Positions 20,197 to 31,574 of a stretch of DNA of 64,000 nucleotides are shown here, piece by piece (the stretch's first letter is position 1; every line of letters begins with the position of its first letter). The translations under genes and the position numbers were made by a program. The notes beneath the pieces were generated by a model, which was not told the origin of the DNA, ran no database searches, and was given only the letters and a program-made list of their open reading frames with translations. The stretch is taken from IMG/VR virus record IMGVR_UViG_3300044675_006580. One strand, 5' to 3'. This DNA comes from an uncultured virus (IMG/VR IMGVR_UViG_3300044675_006580). Lineage: Duplodnaviria > Heunggongvirae > Uroviricota > Caudoviricetes.

Positions 20197-20805
20197 CTAT
20201 TTAAATTTAGGTCCTTCAACCCAAATAACAATAGACTTTCTTACTCCAGATAGAACTGGCTTTACCCCATGTAGCATGAAGGATGGAAAGACTATCATCT
20301 GTCCTTTTTTTAAAACGTGAAGGGATGGGTTTCCACTTAGGTGGATAAAGAATTCGCCACCTACAAAGTCTTCTTCTGGTTCACTAAGAAGTAAACTTAA
20401 AGATAACTTTCTTGTGTCAATCATATATTCTGGTTTATTCTCGCCCAAAATCAAGTCAGTATGAGCATCATACTTGCCGTTTTCTGACCCTTCATACTCT
20501 GCATATTGAAAATATGAATATCCATATAGATCAAAGCCATAGAATCTTTCATTGACCTTTTCTATAGCTTGGTTTATTCTAGTTATAAACCATTCATTCT
20601 CATGATCTACATCGTTAAAGCAATTATTAGATACTCTAGATGATGAGTCGGACCCAACCGTAGAGGCTTTGTCTAGCTTTTTGGTGGAGCAATATTCTTG
20701 TATTTTTTGGATCTCTTTTTCACTAAAGCAGTCTTCAACGAAGATCCATGGTTCTGTTATCTTTGAATATGATCGTGGATTATTAGAGATTATTGACATA
20801 GGCAC
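20197..20805 (-). CDS. 2OG-Fe(II) oxygenase (prolyl-4-hydroxylase/PKHD-like)
   Basis: YDAHTD, RKLSLSLLLS, GGEF and FPSFMLHGVKPV...RKSIVIW. Confidence 0.88.
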   Translation of the reverse strand: MPMSIISNNPRSYSKITEPWIFVEDCFSEKEIQKIQEYCSTKKLDKASTVGSDSSSRVSNNCFNDVDHENEWFITRINQAIEKVNERFYGFDLYGYSYFQYAEYEGSENGKYDAHTDLILGENKPEYMIDTRKLSLSLLLSEPEEDFVGGEFFIHLSGNPSLHVLKKGQMIVFPSFMLHGVKPVLSGVRKSIVIWVEGPKFK

Positions 20806-20904
20806 ATTTTATCACAGATAAGATTGGTTTGATAGGCGATAATAGCAATTACTATATGCTAATATATAAGACATAGGATTTCTTAATCTTTATGGGGTTA
20901 AATC

Positions 20905-21786
20905 ATGACAGTATTAAAAAAATATAACTCAGGCACATCACAATGGGAGCCAATTGTATCAGGAGCTACAGGTGCTACTGGACCTACAGGCCCTACTGGA
21001 CCCACTGGTCCCACAGGCACTGCTGCCACAGTTACTCTTGGCACGGTAACCGCTGGCACAGCTGCGGTTACTAACTCTGGCACTTCATCTGCAGCCGTTT
21101 TAAACTTTACCTTACAGACAGGTGCAACAGGACCTACTGGCCCGACAGGACCTACTGGTCCAACAGGTCTACAGGGAGGTACTGGACCGACTGGTCCACA
21201 AGGAGCTACTGGACCTGCTGGACCTACTGGTCCAGGTGGTGCACAAGGGCCAGCTGGCGGAACAGGACCCACAGGTCCAACAGGGCCCGCAGGATCCTAT
21301 AACTCCGGTACCAACATTCAAGTTAATACATTTGAAGCATATGGATTAATGTATTATTATAACCCTGGTCCATCTTCTGCAACTGAAGGTATTGTCCGTA
21401 TTTCAAGTGGCGAGTTAAAGAAGAACAGTGCTTCTGGCGTTTCTAAGCGTGAATACAAAGAAGATATCGTTACAATGGAGAACGCCTTAGAACAACTGTC
21501 TTTACTTCAACCAAGAAATTTTAGATTCAAAGAAGAAGCACTGGTTCCAGATGAACCTTATGATGCTTTCAACAGGCGAACACAACTTCAGTACGGTTTT
21601 GTTATGGAAGAAGTACAAGATGCTGTTCCTGACCTGGTTATGCATAAGTCGCCTGACGGCATTGAACATGAGGCAATGTATTGGAAAGAGCCTGGCATGA
21701 TTGCCTTGGCTATTAAAGCTATACAAGAACTACTAGCTAAAAACAATGAGCTAGAATTAAGAATTGCTGCTTTAGAAAATAAATAA
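20905..21786 (+). CDS. Collagen-like tail fibre protein with C-terminal S74-type intramolecular chaperone
   Basis: (GPT)n repeats, followed by [17 protein letters not shown]...P and AIKAIQEL. Confidence 0.8.
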   Translation: MTVLKKYNSGTSQWEPIVSGATGATGPTGPTGPTGPTGTAATVTLGTVTAGTAAVTNSGTSSAAVLNFTLQTGATGPTGPTGPTGPTGLQGGTGPTGPQGATGPAGPTGPGGAQGPAGGTGPTGPTGPAGSYNSGTNIQVNTFEAYGLMYYYNPGPSSATEGIVRISSGELKKNSASGVSKREYKEDIVTMENALEQLSLLQPRNFRFKEEALVPDEPYDAFNRRTQLQYGFVMEEVQDAVPDLVMHKSPDGIEHEAMYWKEPGMIALAIKAIQELLAKNNELELRIAALENK

Positions 21787-21870
21787 ACTACCTAAATAAC
21801 TATTACTATATTTAATATCTGATTGATCTCGAGGGATTAATTCTAATTTAGAAAGGTTTGGTTGAGGCCA

Positions 21871-22404
21871 ATGCCCAATTTTTATAATATTATTCGTGCT
21901 AAAAAATTCAGCACAGCTGCAGATGCTGCCATAGAAATAGCACCATACGACAGTGCAACTCCTAACTTTAGGATCGATGCAGGTGGTAAAATAAACTGGT
22001 CTTCTGGATCTGCCACAGCAGATACAAATCTTTACAGGTCCGCAGCAAATGTTTTAAAAACAGATGATAGTTTTGATATTGCCTCTGGACAAACCTACAA
22101 GATAAATAATACAGACGTATTAACTTCTACCTCATTGGGCTCATCTGTTGTAAGTTCTTCTTTAACATCTTTAGGTACAGTACAAGAGTTGTCTGCAGCA
22201 ACACCTACATTTACTGGACCAATGATATCTAGCGGAACTTCAACTTTTTCTGGGCCAATAGTTTCTTCTGGTGGTTTGTCTGCAGCAACACCTACATTTA
22301 CTGGACCAATGACACTAAATGGATCTATAGTTCCTAAAATTACAATTTCTTCTGCAACTCCTTCTGGTGGATCCAATGGAGACCTTTGGTTGGTGCAGTA
22401 TTAA
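21871..22404 (+). CDS. Tail fibre-like protein
   Basis: DTNLYRSAANVLKTDD and C-terminal PSGGSNGDLW motifs. Confidence 0.65.
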   Translation: MPNFYNIIRAKKFSTAADAAIEIAPYDSATPNFRIDAGGKINWSSGSATADTNLYRSAANVLKTDDSFDIASGQTYKINNTDVLTSTSLGSSVVSSSLTSLGTVQELSAATPTFTGPMISSGTSTFSGPIVSSGGLSAATPTFTGPMTLNGSIVPKITISSATPSGGSNGDLWLVQY

Positions 22405-24816
22405 TGCCTGGGTATACAAATAATTCTGCATCTTGGACTAAAACTGCTCCTTGGGGAAAGTCATCTGGCGTTTGGAATAAAGCTAAAGAAGCTTATGCTA
22501 ATGTTTCTGGAACATGGAAACAATGGTGGTTAGATGGTGGAGTTAACGATAGAACATTTACAGAGTCTGATAATCTTAGTGGACTCAATGAACCTGTAGT
22601 TTTAACAGCAATTCAATCAGATGGTAAGGTTGTTCTTCTGGGAAATTTTACAACTTTTAACGGCGTAACTGCTAATAATATCATACGTCTCAATTCTGAC
22701 GGAACAAGGGACGCATCGTTTAATGCAAACACAGGTTCTGGATTTAATAATAGTGTAAACTCAATGGCAATCCAATCAGATGGTAAAATTATTGTTGGAG
22801 GAAATTTTACAACTTTTAACGGGGTAACCGTTAACGGTATCGTGCGCCTTAACTCTGACGGCACAAGAGATACAGCTTTTACTACAAATACTGGCACTGG
22901 TTTTTCTTATTATTCAAGTACGTTTAGCTTATTGTTTGGTATAGCAATTCAATCGGATGGCAAAATAGTCATTGTAGGGTTTTTTACAGAGTTTAACGGC
23001 GCAACTGTTAACTATATAGTACGTCTTAACTCTGACGGAACAAGAGACACAACATTTACTACAAACAACGGTTCTGGATTTAATAGCTATACATTGTCAG
23101 TAGCAATTCAATCAGATGGTAAAATAGTTCTTGGAGGAGATTTTATAGAGTTTAACGGCGCAACTGTTAACAGAATCGTACGCCTTAATTCCAATGGAAC
23201 AATAGACACGGCTTTCGCAACAAACACTGGTAGTGGTGCTAATCAACCTATATCGTCACTAGCAATTCAATCAGATGGTAAAATTATTGTTGGAGGAAGT
23301 TTTACAACTTTTAATGGGGTAACCGTTAATAGAATAGTACGTCTCAATTCTGACGGAACAAGGGACGCATCGTTTAATGTAAACACAGGTTCTGGATTTA
23401 ATGATAGACCATACTCAATGGCACTTCAATCAGATGGTAAAATTATTGTTGGAGGGCTTCTTACAAGCTTTAATGGCACAGCTGTTAATTATATCGTACG
23501 CCTTAATTCCAATGGAACAAGAGATACAACCTTTACGACTAATATGGGCACTGGATTGAATTATCCTACTTTTGGAACTGGGGGGGTATATTCACTTGCA
23601 ATCCAGTCAGACGGTAAAATATTTGTTGGAGGAAATTTTACATCTCTTAACAACACAGCCACTAACTATATCGTACGTCTTAACTCTGATGGAACAAAGG
23701 ACACAGCCTTTGTAACTAACATAGGTTCTGGGTTTAACCGTAGTGTTAGATCACTAGCAATCCAATCAGATGGTAAAATTATTGTTGGAGGAAGTTTTAA
23801 TTCCCTTAATGGCATAGGTGTTAGCGGAGCTGTACGTCTTAATTTGGATGGCACTGTACATACTATTTTTACTGTAAATAGTGATGGTTCAATAGCAGCA
23901 ACAGCATTTCAGTCAGACGGTAAAATAGTTATGGGGGGATATTTTACAACTTTTAATGGCACTGCTACTAATAATATCGCATGCCTCAGTTCTGACGGAA
24001 CAATAGACACAACTTTCTCTACAAATATTGGGACTGGATTTAGTGCTAGTGTAGGTCCAATAGTAATCCAGTCTGATGGTAAAATAGTTATCGGCGGATC
24101 TTTTGCAACCTTTAACGGCGTAACTGTTAATTATATAGTACGTCTCAACTCTAATGGAACAAGGGACACCGGTTTTACAGCAAACACAGGTTCTGGATTT
24201 AATAACAGTGCAATGTCACTAGCAATCCAGTCTGACGGTAAAATAGTTATTGGGGGAGCTTTTACAACCCTTAATGGCGCAACTGTTAGTAGACGGAATT
24301 GTACGCTTAAATTCTGACGGAACAAGAGATACCGCCTTTACAACAAATACCAGTACTGGATTTAATGTTAATGGCTATGTATATTCACTAGCAATTCAGT
24401 CTGACGGAAAAATTATTGCAGGAGGAACTTTTACAACTTTTAACGGCGCAACCGTTAACGGAATCGTACGCTTAAATTCTGATGGAACAAGAGATACAAC
24501 TTTCACAACGAATACTGGTTCTGGACTTAGCGACGCTGCTAGTTATCCTGTAAATTCAATAGCAATTCAGTCTGACGGTAAAATACTTATTGGAGGAGAT
24601 TTTACAACCTTTAATGGCGCAACCGTTAACGGAATCGTACGCTTAAATTCTGATGGAACAAGAGACACGGCTTTTACAGTTAATGCAGGCACTGGTGTTA
24701 ATAGCAGTATCCAAAAACTGGTAATTCAACCAGACGGTAAAATAGTTCTTGGAGGAGATTTCAGTGCCTTTAATGGCATAAATAGATCAAGACTAGCTCG
24801 TATAGGAGGAGAATAA
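22404..24816 (+). CDS. Delta-60 (DUF5122) repeat beta-propeller virion protein; +1 shift at CGGA 24294-24297
   Basis: About 14 repeats of AIQSDGKIxxGGxFTTFNG...IVRLNSDGTRDxxF continue in the +1 frame (24250-24816). Confidence 0.85.
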
Positions 24817-24818
24817 AA

Positions 24819-25046
24819 ATGAAAGAATGTCCAGCATGCTTACCACCAGACAACGAAGGGTGCGCAACCTGTAGTGGAACTTCAGAAGTAACAGAAGAAG
24901 TATACTCACAGTTCTTAAATGAAAAACAAGAACGTGAATCTACTATGGAATTCGCCCGCAGAATACAACACATATTATATTCTAATAATAATTTAGAACA
25001 AATGTCTTTAGCTATTAAAGCTGTATTAGAAGAACAAAATATATAA
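24819..25046 (+). CDS. Small protein with CxxC pairs
   Basis: CPAC...CATC; GGAGGAG ribosome-binding site. Confidence 0.6.
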   Translation: MKECPACLPPDNEGCATCSGTSEVTEEVYSQFLNEKQERESTMEFARRIQHILYSNNNLEQMSLAIKAVLEEQNI

Positions 25047-25054
25047 AGTAATTA

Positions 25055-25405
25055 TTATTTAATAAGATCTTGTGGAATGATCCAGAGCTTACAGATTGCC
25101 TCTGGTTCAATTTTTCCTTTGACTATTTCACAAGCCCCGCCACCAATATAAAACACACAGTTAGAACACACTAGTCCTTCTTCTTTAAAAGGATTAGCAC
25201 TTGCTGGAGCATAGTGAGCACCATCTGCCTTGGAGTCTTGTTTAAATAGACCAAACTGTTCAACTACTTCTTCGTAGTCTTCGTACATTGCCTGCTGTCT
25301 ATCAGTAAGATTGCCCTTAACATCATTAGCTTCAGGGTCTTGTTCTCGACTGTCGTCTTCTAATTCTTCGCCGTTAGAGTATTCTGATAGCCAATAGTTC
25401 TTCAT
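25055..25405 (-). CDS. HiPIP-like four-Cys protein, paralog 2
   Basis: CSNC-x8-C-x12-CKLW. Confidence 0.6.
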   Translation of the reverse strand: MKNYWLSEYSNGEELEDDSREQDPEANDVKGNLTDRQQAMYEDYEEVVEQFGLFKQDSKADGAHYAPASANPFKEEGLVCSNCVFYIGGGACEIVKGKIEPEAICKLWIIPQDLIK

Positions 25406-25722
25406 TATTTTCTTCCAGGCTTTACTACGCCATCTGGAATTGCAGCAAGTCTGCAATAGCCACCGTCTTCAACCGTTTGTGCTACAACCTTACAGACGCC
25501 ATTGCCTTCGTACTGAGCACAGTTAATGCACATGACGCCAATGCTAGCGTTCTCATTCTGAGCTGCCTCAACATAGCCAACCCAGATACCGTTGCTGTCA
25601 TCATTAGAAAGCTTTCCATACTTCTTGGCAATTGCAATTAAAGCATTAGAGAACTCTTGTTCTGCTGGAGCAAGTTTCTTCTCCATCTCTTCTAGCATCT
25701 CTGCTAACCAGTAATCTTTCAT
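25405..25722 (-). CDS. HiPIP-like four-Cys protein, paralog 1
   Basis: CINC-x8-C-x12-CRL; shares an MKxYWLxE N-terminus with its neighbour. Confidence 0.6.
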   Translation of the reverse strand: MKDYWLAEMLEEMEKKLAPAEQEFSNALIAIAKKYGKLSNDDSNGIWVGYVEAAQNENASIGVMCINCAQYEGNGVCKVVAQTVEDGGYCRLAAIPDGVVKPGRK

Positions 25723-25801
25723 TTGTTTCTCCCTAAGCTTCCTTTAATGTATCCCATCCCGAAGGATGCTGCACAGCATATATATAAAATAAGAAATTCG
25801 T

Positions 25802-26020
25802 TCATACTAATTCTTTGTCGGCAACCTTAATACAACTACGGGTGCAATATGAATTGCCCTCATGCTCATATATTATACCTTTAATAAGGGTTCTTTTGCA
25901 AGTCGGGCAAACAAAACCCTTAGTCAAAAGCCCATAATACATCACTGCTTTTCCAGGTAATTCTTTTTTCTTCTCTGGGGTATTCGTAATATTCTTTTTT
26001 GCTGGTTTCTTTCCGGCCAT
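25802..26020 (-). CDS. Small Zn-ribbon protein
   Basis: CPTC...YCTRSC. Confidence 0.6.
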   Translation of the reverse strand: MAGKKPAKKNITNTPEKKKELPGKAVMYYGLLTKGFVCPTCKRTLIKGIIYEHEGNSYCTRSCIKVADKELV

Positions 26021-26086
26021 AACATATCTCCTAACATTGGGTACTATCTATATATAGTAACGCTTAGTATATAATTGGAGCAAAAA

Positions 26087-27451
26087 ATGGCTGAACCTAT
26101 TCAATTTTTCATAGAACCTGAATCTATGAATAATGTAGATCAGCAGGCCTATCTGGACTATAGGGACAGGCTTGCCATGATGAAAGAAAAAGATAGGTCA
26201 AATCCCAAAAAAATGGCAGGCATGAAAAAAGCCGTCATAGGAAAGTTTGATTTAGAACCAGATGAGATGGAAGATATTCTTGATGAATATAATCCAAAGA
26301 AAATAGATCCATCAGATCCAAAAACATGGATGAAATTTGACGATGGAAGAGTTGATGTTGGAAGGGATTTATTAATTAAAGATAGCTCAGCACTTGCCGA
26401 AGAGTTTCGCATCTATAGAGGCCAAGCTCAAGCATTAGGTAATAAAACTCTAGAAACTATAGAAGCTCAGGTGTCAAGTTATGGAACAAGGGTGCTTAGC
26501 GAAGCAGGGCTTGATGCATCAAAAACTCCAGTAAATAATCCAGTATATAGAGATAACTATTATAGAACTATGAGCTCTATATATCAGGAGGTGATTGATG
26601 GGGTTGATCCCATGGAAGCTTTAGATAATCATTTGGATACCTTGGGTTTTCCAAAAGAATTCGGAGATCATCTTTTTCAACAAACAGAATCAGTAGATAA
26701 GATGATGCGTAGCGGAGCAAATATTGGAGAAGCTGTGCCTTATCCTAAGGTAACTCAAGAGGTTATTGATTCCTTGACTGATCAACCAGTTTATTATCCC
26801 ACTAAAGCTGTTGCCGCTAGTACTTCTGATGCTGTTGTAGAACCAGCTTCTCGACTTAGGGGAACGCTAGCAGCTGTGGCTACAGCTCCAGATTTGTCAA
26901 CACTATCAGACGAAGAGCTAGCTGCTTCAAAAGCTAGAGTTGAAAAAGAACTAATGGATCTTGAGGTTGAGTCTAAAAAAACACAAGAAACTATTGCTGA
27001 ACTTAAAAGACAAAGAGAAGCAGGCAAGCCGAAATCAGGAACAATAACAATAAATGCAGATGGAACTGAAACAGTAACAAAACCACAACCATTGAATCCC
27101 ATAACGAAACCTGATGATCTCGTAAAAAGAGCTAGTAGTGCAGCTACTGGTTCGCCAGTAGTAAGTGGTTCTTCTGCTTCAATGACATCTAGTGTAGCAA
27201 GTACTGTTAGTAGTGGGGGTGCAGCTAGAGTACCAGCAGCAGTAGCATCAACTAGTCCCCCTGTTGCATCAGCCGCAGCACGCACCGCTGCATCGGTTAC
27301 TGCACCAACCGCTGCAAGATCTACTCGCAGTTTAATGAGTAACGCTTTAGAAGTAGGGCAGAAAGTAACTAGAGGTCACTTGGGTGCTACTGCACTAGGT
27401 GTTGCTGCAGCTGGATTACTATTTGGCTACGCAAATAGAGACGATGATTAA
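26087..27451 (+). CDS. Hypothetical protein with Ala/Ser-rich C-terminus and a terminal hydrophobic segment
   Basis: 454-aa ORF. Confidence 0.7.
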   Translation: MAEPIQFFIEPESMNNVDQQAYLDYRDRLAMMKEKDRSNPKKMAGMKKAVIGKFDLEPDEMEDILDEYNPKKIDPSDPKTWMKFDDGRVDVGRDLLIKDSSALAEEFRIYRGQAQALGNKTLETIEAQVSSYGTRVLSEAGLDASKTPVNNPVYRDNYYRTMSSIYQEVIDGVDPMEALDNHLDTLGFPKEFGDHLFQQTESVDKMMRSGANIGEAVPYPKVTQEVIDSLTDQPVYYPTKAVAASTSDAVVEPASRLRGTLAAVATAPDLSTLSDEELAASKARVEKELMDLEVESKKTQETIAELKRQREAGKPKSGTITINADGTETVTKPQPLNPITKPDDLVKRASSAATGSPVVSGSSASMTSSVASTVSSGGAARVPAAVASTSPPVASAAARTAASVTAPTAARSTRSLMSNALEVGQKVTRGHLGATALGVAAAGLLFGYANRDDD

Positions 27452-28458
27452 TCTCTCCAGAGCCACTGTGGATTTTGCTTAGTCCACTCTACTGTTAGTT
27501 CTAAAGACTTTTCTAGTGGCATTGGGGCAACCCATCCAGCATCTGCAAGCTTTTTTCCATCTAGTGCATAACGAAGATCATGTCCTGGTCTTGTTGTGTG
27601 GAAGTCTTGGAACTCAAACTTAAGTTCTTTGCCCCAGTACTTTGCTACAAGTTCTGCCATCTCTAGGTTATTAATTTCTCTCTCACCAACAATATGATAC
27701 TTGTCTGGTCGATCTGCATTTGGATAATCTACTGCAGGAAGGTTCTTTAAGATAAATACTAAAGCATCAGCTTGGTTTCTTGCGTGCAAGTAGAATCTTG
27801 ATCCAATATTCTCAGGAGTGCCGTGAATTGTCATTGGGATATCCTTCTCAAGACAATACATAATCTTTGGAATAAACTTCTCAGGGTCCTGACGCTCACC
27901 AATAATATTCATTGTGTTAGTAATTACTACTGGAACACCAAAGGTACGCCAGTAAGATATGCATGCAGCTTCTTGTGCAGCTTTAGATCCAGAGTATGGG
28001 TTAGATGGAAGGATAGTATCCCATTCCTTGTGAGCATACCCCTTTGGAGCAGGGCCATACACTTCATCTGTTGATACGTGCAAGAATACTTCTGGCTTGA
28101 TCTTGCGTGCAAGTTCCAGCATGTTAACAACAAGTGCTACGTTATTCATAATGAATGGTGCTGGGTCTGTGATTGATCTATCTACGTGTGAATCTGACGC
28201 CATAGAAATAATATAATCAATGTGCCCAATGTCCTTTATCATTACATCAGAGAAAGGAACAGTAAGATCATGTGTAACAAGCTGAACACGGTGTCTGTTT
28301 GCTTCCCAAGAATTAATAGAAGTAATTCTATCTGTTACTCCACGATGACGGAAAGAGTCAGTGATAACTACATCCCAGTCAGTCGTCTTGAAGATGTGTT
28401 CTAAAGTATGGTGACCGACGAATCCGCCAGCACCTGTGAGTAATACTCTCTTAGCCAT
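27448..28458 (-). CDS. rfbB: NAD-dependent nucleotide-sugar dehydratase (dTDP-glucose 4,6-dehydratase-like)
   Basis: TGAGGFVG, SHVDRSI, STDEVYG, PSNPYSGSKAA and RPGHDLRY. Confidence 0.88.
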   Translation of the reverse strand: MAKRVLLTGAGGFVGHHTLEHIFKTTDWDVVITDSFRHRGVTDRITSINSWEANRHRVQLVTHDLTVPFSDVMIKDIGHIDYIISMASDSHVDRSITDPAPFIMNNVALVVNMLELARKIKPEVFLHVSTDEVYGPAPKGYAHKEWDTILPSNPYSGSKAAQEAACISYWRTFGVPVVITNTMNIIGERQDPEKFIPKIMYCLEKDIPMTIHGTPENIGSRFYLHARNQADALVFILKNLPAVDYPNADRPDKYHIVGEREINNLEMAELVAKYWGKELKFEFQDFHTTRPGHDLRYALDGKKLADAGWVAPMPLEKSLELTVEWTKQNPQWLWRD

Positions 28459-28873
28459 TATTTAATTCCTTGTATTTCTTTCTGCTTCTGTATTCTATTG
28501 ATCTAATTCTTTTAGCTGCTCTGCATTCTTCACATCTACATCTGTGCTTGTCGTAACCTCTTGATGTACCGTGTATTAGACCAGGGTAATTGGATTCTTC
28601 TATTGTTTTCTTTAGGTGACAAGACTTGCACAGAATCTGACAATTAGCTAGCTCTTTGTCTCTAACTTCTTTTCTTCTGCTCCATATTGAAGCAGTGTGC
28701 ATTGTTTTATCTTCACGTTTAATATGATCTACTTCTAAGCTTTCCCAAGAACCACAATGCTTACATGGACCATTGGCCAGAACCCAGTCAAGTCTTCTAT
28801 CTCTCATCCACTTTCTATTATAGTCTCTTAGGTATTGTTTTCTTTTCTGTTGCTTTTCTTCGTCAGTGCTCAT
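28451..28873 (-). CDS. HNH endonuclease
   Basis: CKHC, LEVDHI, NCQILCKSCHLKKT and a C-terminal HGT...CRCEEC. Confidence 0.85.
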   Translation of the reverse strand: MSTDEEKQQKRKQYLRDYNRKWMRDRRLDWVLANGPCKHCGSWESLEVDHIKREDKTMHTASIWSRRKEVRDKELANCQILCKSCHLKKTIEESNYPGLIHGTSRGYDKHRCRCEECRAAKRIRSIEYRSRKKYKELNNG

Positions 28874-28896
28874 TATCTTCTTTATATTCTTTAACT

Positions 28897-28972
<76 letters not shown>

Positions 28973-29079
28973 ATATTTGGTACTAGTATATCATGGATAT
29001 AATTAATATGATTTTCTTTTTGATTGGATTAATGCAAAGGTGGAGGGTTTATTGGAACCTATTAACCAACCCAGCAAAA

Positions 29080-29307
29080 TTAATCCCTATCATCTAGGTC
29101 ATACCCACCTAGTTTTACTGTAGCAGTAAACTCTTCTACTATGTCCATTATCTCATCCATTACAAATGGAAATTGCACCTTAGTATAAATGAATATATCA
29201 TTAATTGCGTCAGCTATACGAAGAGCAGCCTTATGTGTTTTTTCATGTGGCAGATCCGCTTTACAGATCACCGCATAAATCTTATTATAATTTTCTGCGT
29301 AACTCAC
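29080..29307 (-). CDS. Hypothetical protein
   Basis: 75-aa ORF. Confidence 0.5.
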   Translation of the reverse strand: MSYAENYNKIYAVICKADLPHEKTHKAALRIADAINDIFIYTKVQFPFVMDEIMDIVEEFTATVKLGGYDLDDRD

Positions 29308-29680
29308 TTAACTCCTCCTTCGTTGGATGTAACATTGTAGCAGAAACTAATAGGCTATCAGTGAATTTCAAATCATATTCTAGCCTAATTCTTTTGTTTA
29401 AATCCATGTCATCTTCAGTCAATGGCACATAGGCATGGACGGTAATGTGCCCGTGGTAATATAGCTGTCTCAGCTCTGGCTCAGCATCTTCAAACGAGCT
29501 CTCGTCAATAAAGAGATGCCCATTGTTATCAATATAATATTTATGAAGGCAGCACTCTAGATCCTTGGACTGAAACTGGTCCTGATCTATAACGGCATTA
29601 ATGAACGGCCTATACTGAGACAATATATATGACTCTAGTGGCAGTGGATAGTCTATTGTAAAATAGTCAAACATTCCCAT
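29285..29680 (-). CDS. Conserved phage hypothetical protein
   Basis: MGMFD...FQSKDL...KFTD pattern. Confidence 0.65.
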   Translation of the reverse strand: MGMFDYFTIDYPLPLESYILSQYRPFINAVIDQDQFQSKDLECCLHKYYIDNNGHLFIDESSFEDAEPELRQLYYHGHITVHAYVPLTEDDMDLNKRIRLEYDLKFTDSLLVSATMLHPTKEELSELRRKL

Positions 29681-29703
29681 AGGGATATATTCTACCAGAT
29701 ATT

Positions 29704-29717
29704 TCTGTGGTTTGGGG
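29704..29717 (+). repeat. 14-bp direct repeat, copy 1 (copy 2 at 30947-30960)
   Basis: TCTGTGGTTTGGGG flanks gene 29778-30945 on both sides. Confidence 0.7.
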
Positions 29718-29777
29718 CCTAAGCCATATAATTGTTACTATATTAAATAGAAAATAGACTATGAAAAAAGGAATAGC

Positions 29778-30945
29778 ATGGCAACTAACAATTCTGACCT
29801 CCTTTTAAAATTTGCCAGAGACATTACAAGCCTAGATAAAAACCCCGTTGAACACGAAGGCGGCGCACCTTTTACTATTTCAAGAAGAGTTGATGATTTT
29901 ATTGGAAAAAACAGAATCATTACTCCTAAATATACAGACGAAGAACTCAGAACTATGCGAAAAGCGCTTCACCAGACAAAGAGTGAAGGTTATGCTAGTC
30001 TTAAGGCCCTTGTAGAAAAAGAAACCACTAATAGCATAGAAAGAATACTAAGAGGAGGAGTTACTACAGGTTTTTCTCCCTATGGTCTCTTTGACATGTT
30101 AGCAGAAGCAGATCCTGATGTATATTATACATCAGCAATGAGAGAATTTACTCGATCAATAAAAAACAGAGCGGATGCCCACGACGCATTTACAAGCGCT
30201 TTTGATAAATTATCAGCAATTAACAAGAGTAAGCAAGTTGCTGAAACAACTGGATATTTATATCACTTTGCTCCTAGTGAAGCTAGAAAATCTCTAGCAA
30301 AGTCTGGATTTCAAGCAACAACAGATATGCGGCATAGAGGTTGGTAGAACATATTTTTATGCAAGCCCGTTTGACACTCCATTAGTAGAAGACATTCTTT
30401 ATATGTTTCAAGATGGATCAAAATCTCTAGATTTGTATAGGCTACCAGTAAATGAAGACATGATTAGGTCAATGTCTGATGCTCCTTGGGTAGATTCATT
30501 TATTGATGAAGGAAGAAATCTCTCAGATACATTAAAAATTGGACAAGATACACCCTTAAGCAGGATGACAAGCCCTTTATTAGCAGAACGTAAAAAAATG
30601 GCTAGGGCTCCAACTTTAAGTAATGAATCAATACGAGGAGTTAAGCCAGAATTATTTGTACCCCATGCTTTCGTTGGACATGGAAATGAATTAAATATTG
30701 CTGATATGTCGCTCGATGATACTGTAAAGGTACTGCAGGCAAGATTGTCTGGAGGTCAAATGGAAAGTGGAGGAACAAGAGGAGTAATAGCATTTTCTGG
30801 AGAAGAATCAAAAATAATGGGTCAAACATTAGAACACCTTAAAGCTTCACAGGGTGCAAGAGTGGGTGTTCAGACCATGGAAACAGCTTCTAAAGTAATG
30901 GAAGGAATGGGCCAGGCCATTAAGGTCATGAGGTCTATAAGATAA
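29778..30945 (+). CDS. Hypothetical protein with possible ADP-ribosyltransferase-like domain; +1 shift at CGGC 30330-30333
   Basis: YLYHFAP...LAKSGFQATTDM-G-IEVGRTYFYAS. The +1 frame is open from 30331 into ORF 30403-30945. Confidence 0.6.
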
Positions 30946-31006
30946 ATCTGTGGTTTGGGGTCATATAGAAAAAAAGACTGTTTTTGAACGAACTAAAAAA
31001 AGAGGA

Positions 31007-31324
31007 TTACCCTACTAATTCTAGGCCAAGAACTCTATTTGCGCGTTTTGGACACTTGTGGATAGGTGCCTCTTTGATGCCAACACAGACCTCTATCTTT
31101 GTCCCACAGGACTTGCAGGTCCATTTAGAAGGAGCAGGGTATACTATAGCTGACTCAATAGGCTTTGTGGCCTTAGAAGGCTTCTGAACAGGCTCTGGTA
31201 GCTTTTGAACAGGTACTGGAGTAGAGTCTACTGCACACTTGGGGCAGAACTTTGGTTTTCTACCTCTTGAAGATAGTCTCTCCCACTTCTTGTTGCACTT
31301 ACTACAGGTGAGCTTTTCCTTGTT
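31007..31324 (-). CDS. Zn-finger protein
   Basis: CSKC, CPKC and CKSC...HKC. Confidence 0.55.
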   Translation of the reverse strand, partial: NKEKLTCSKCNKKWERLSSRGRKPKFCPKCAVDSTPVPVQKLPEPVQKPSKATKPIESAIVYPAPSKWTCKSCGTKIEVCVGIKEAPIHKCPKRANRVLGLELVG

Positions 31325-31574
31325 CATTTTTAACCAGATCCTCAATAATAGTTTTAAAGAATTGTTCTACTGCTTGGCCTTGGAGCTCAGCAGCTGTAAG
31401 TATAGTATCAAATTCTTCTTTCGTAAACCTGATTGTACAGATTTTTTCTCCAGAGGTACTCTTAACTATAACTTTAACTTTTTTATATTTTTGCCAAAAA
31501 CATTTCATTTTTGAAAATGGAAAATGGCCTATAAAATTTTTTCCCATTTTTACCCCCTATAGGAATTTTAAAAA

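Noticed and set aside
20898..21349. Antisense and alternate-frame ORFs over the collagen repeats (likewise 12251, 13316, 13850, 22613, 23666, 24131, 26794, 56759)
   Set aside because: These are shadow ORFs of low-complexity coding repeats.
22600..24800. Delta-60 DNA repeats as DGR template/variable repeats
   Set aside because: The repeats encode protein blades, the variation is not adenine-specific, and no reverse transcriptase was seen.
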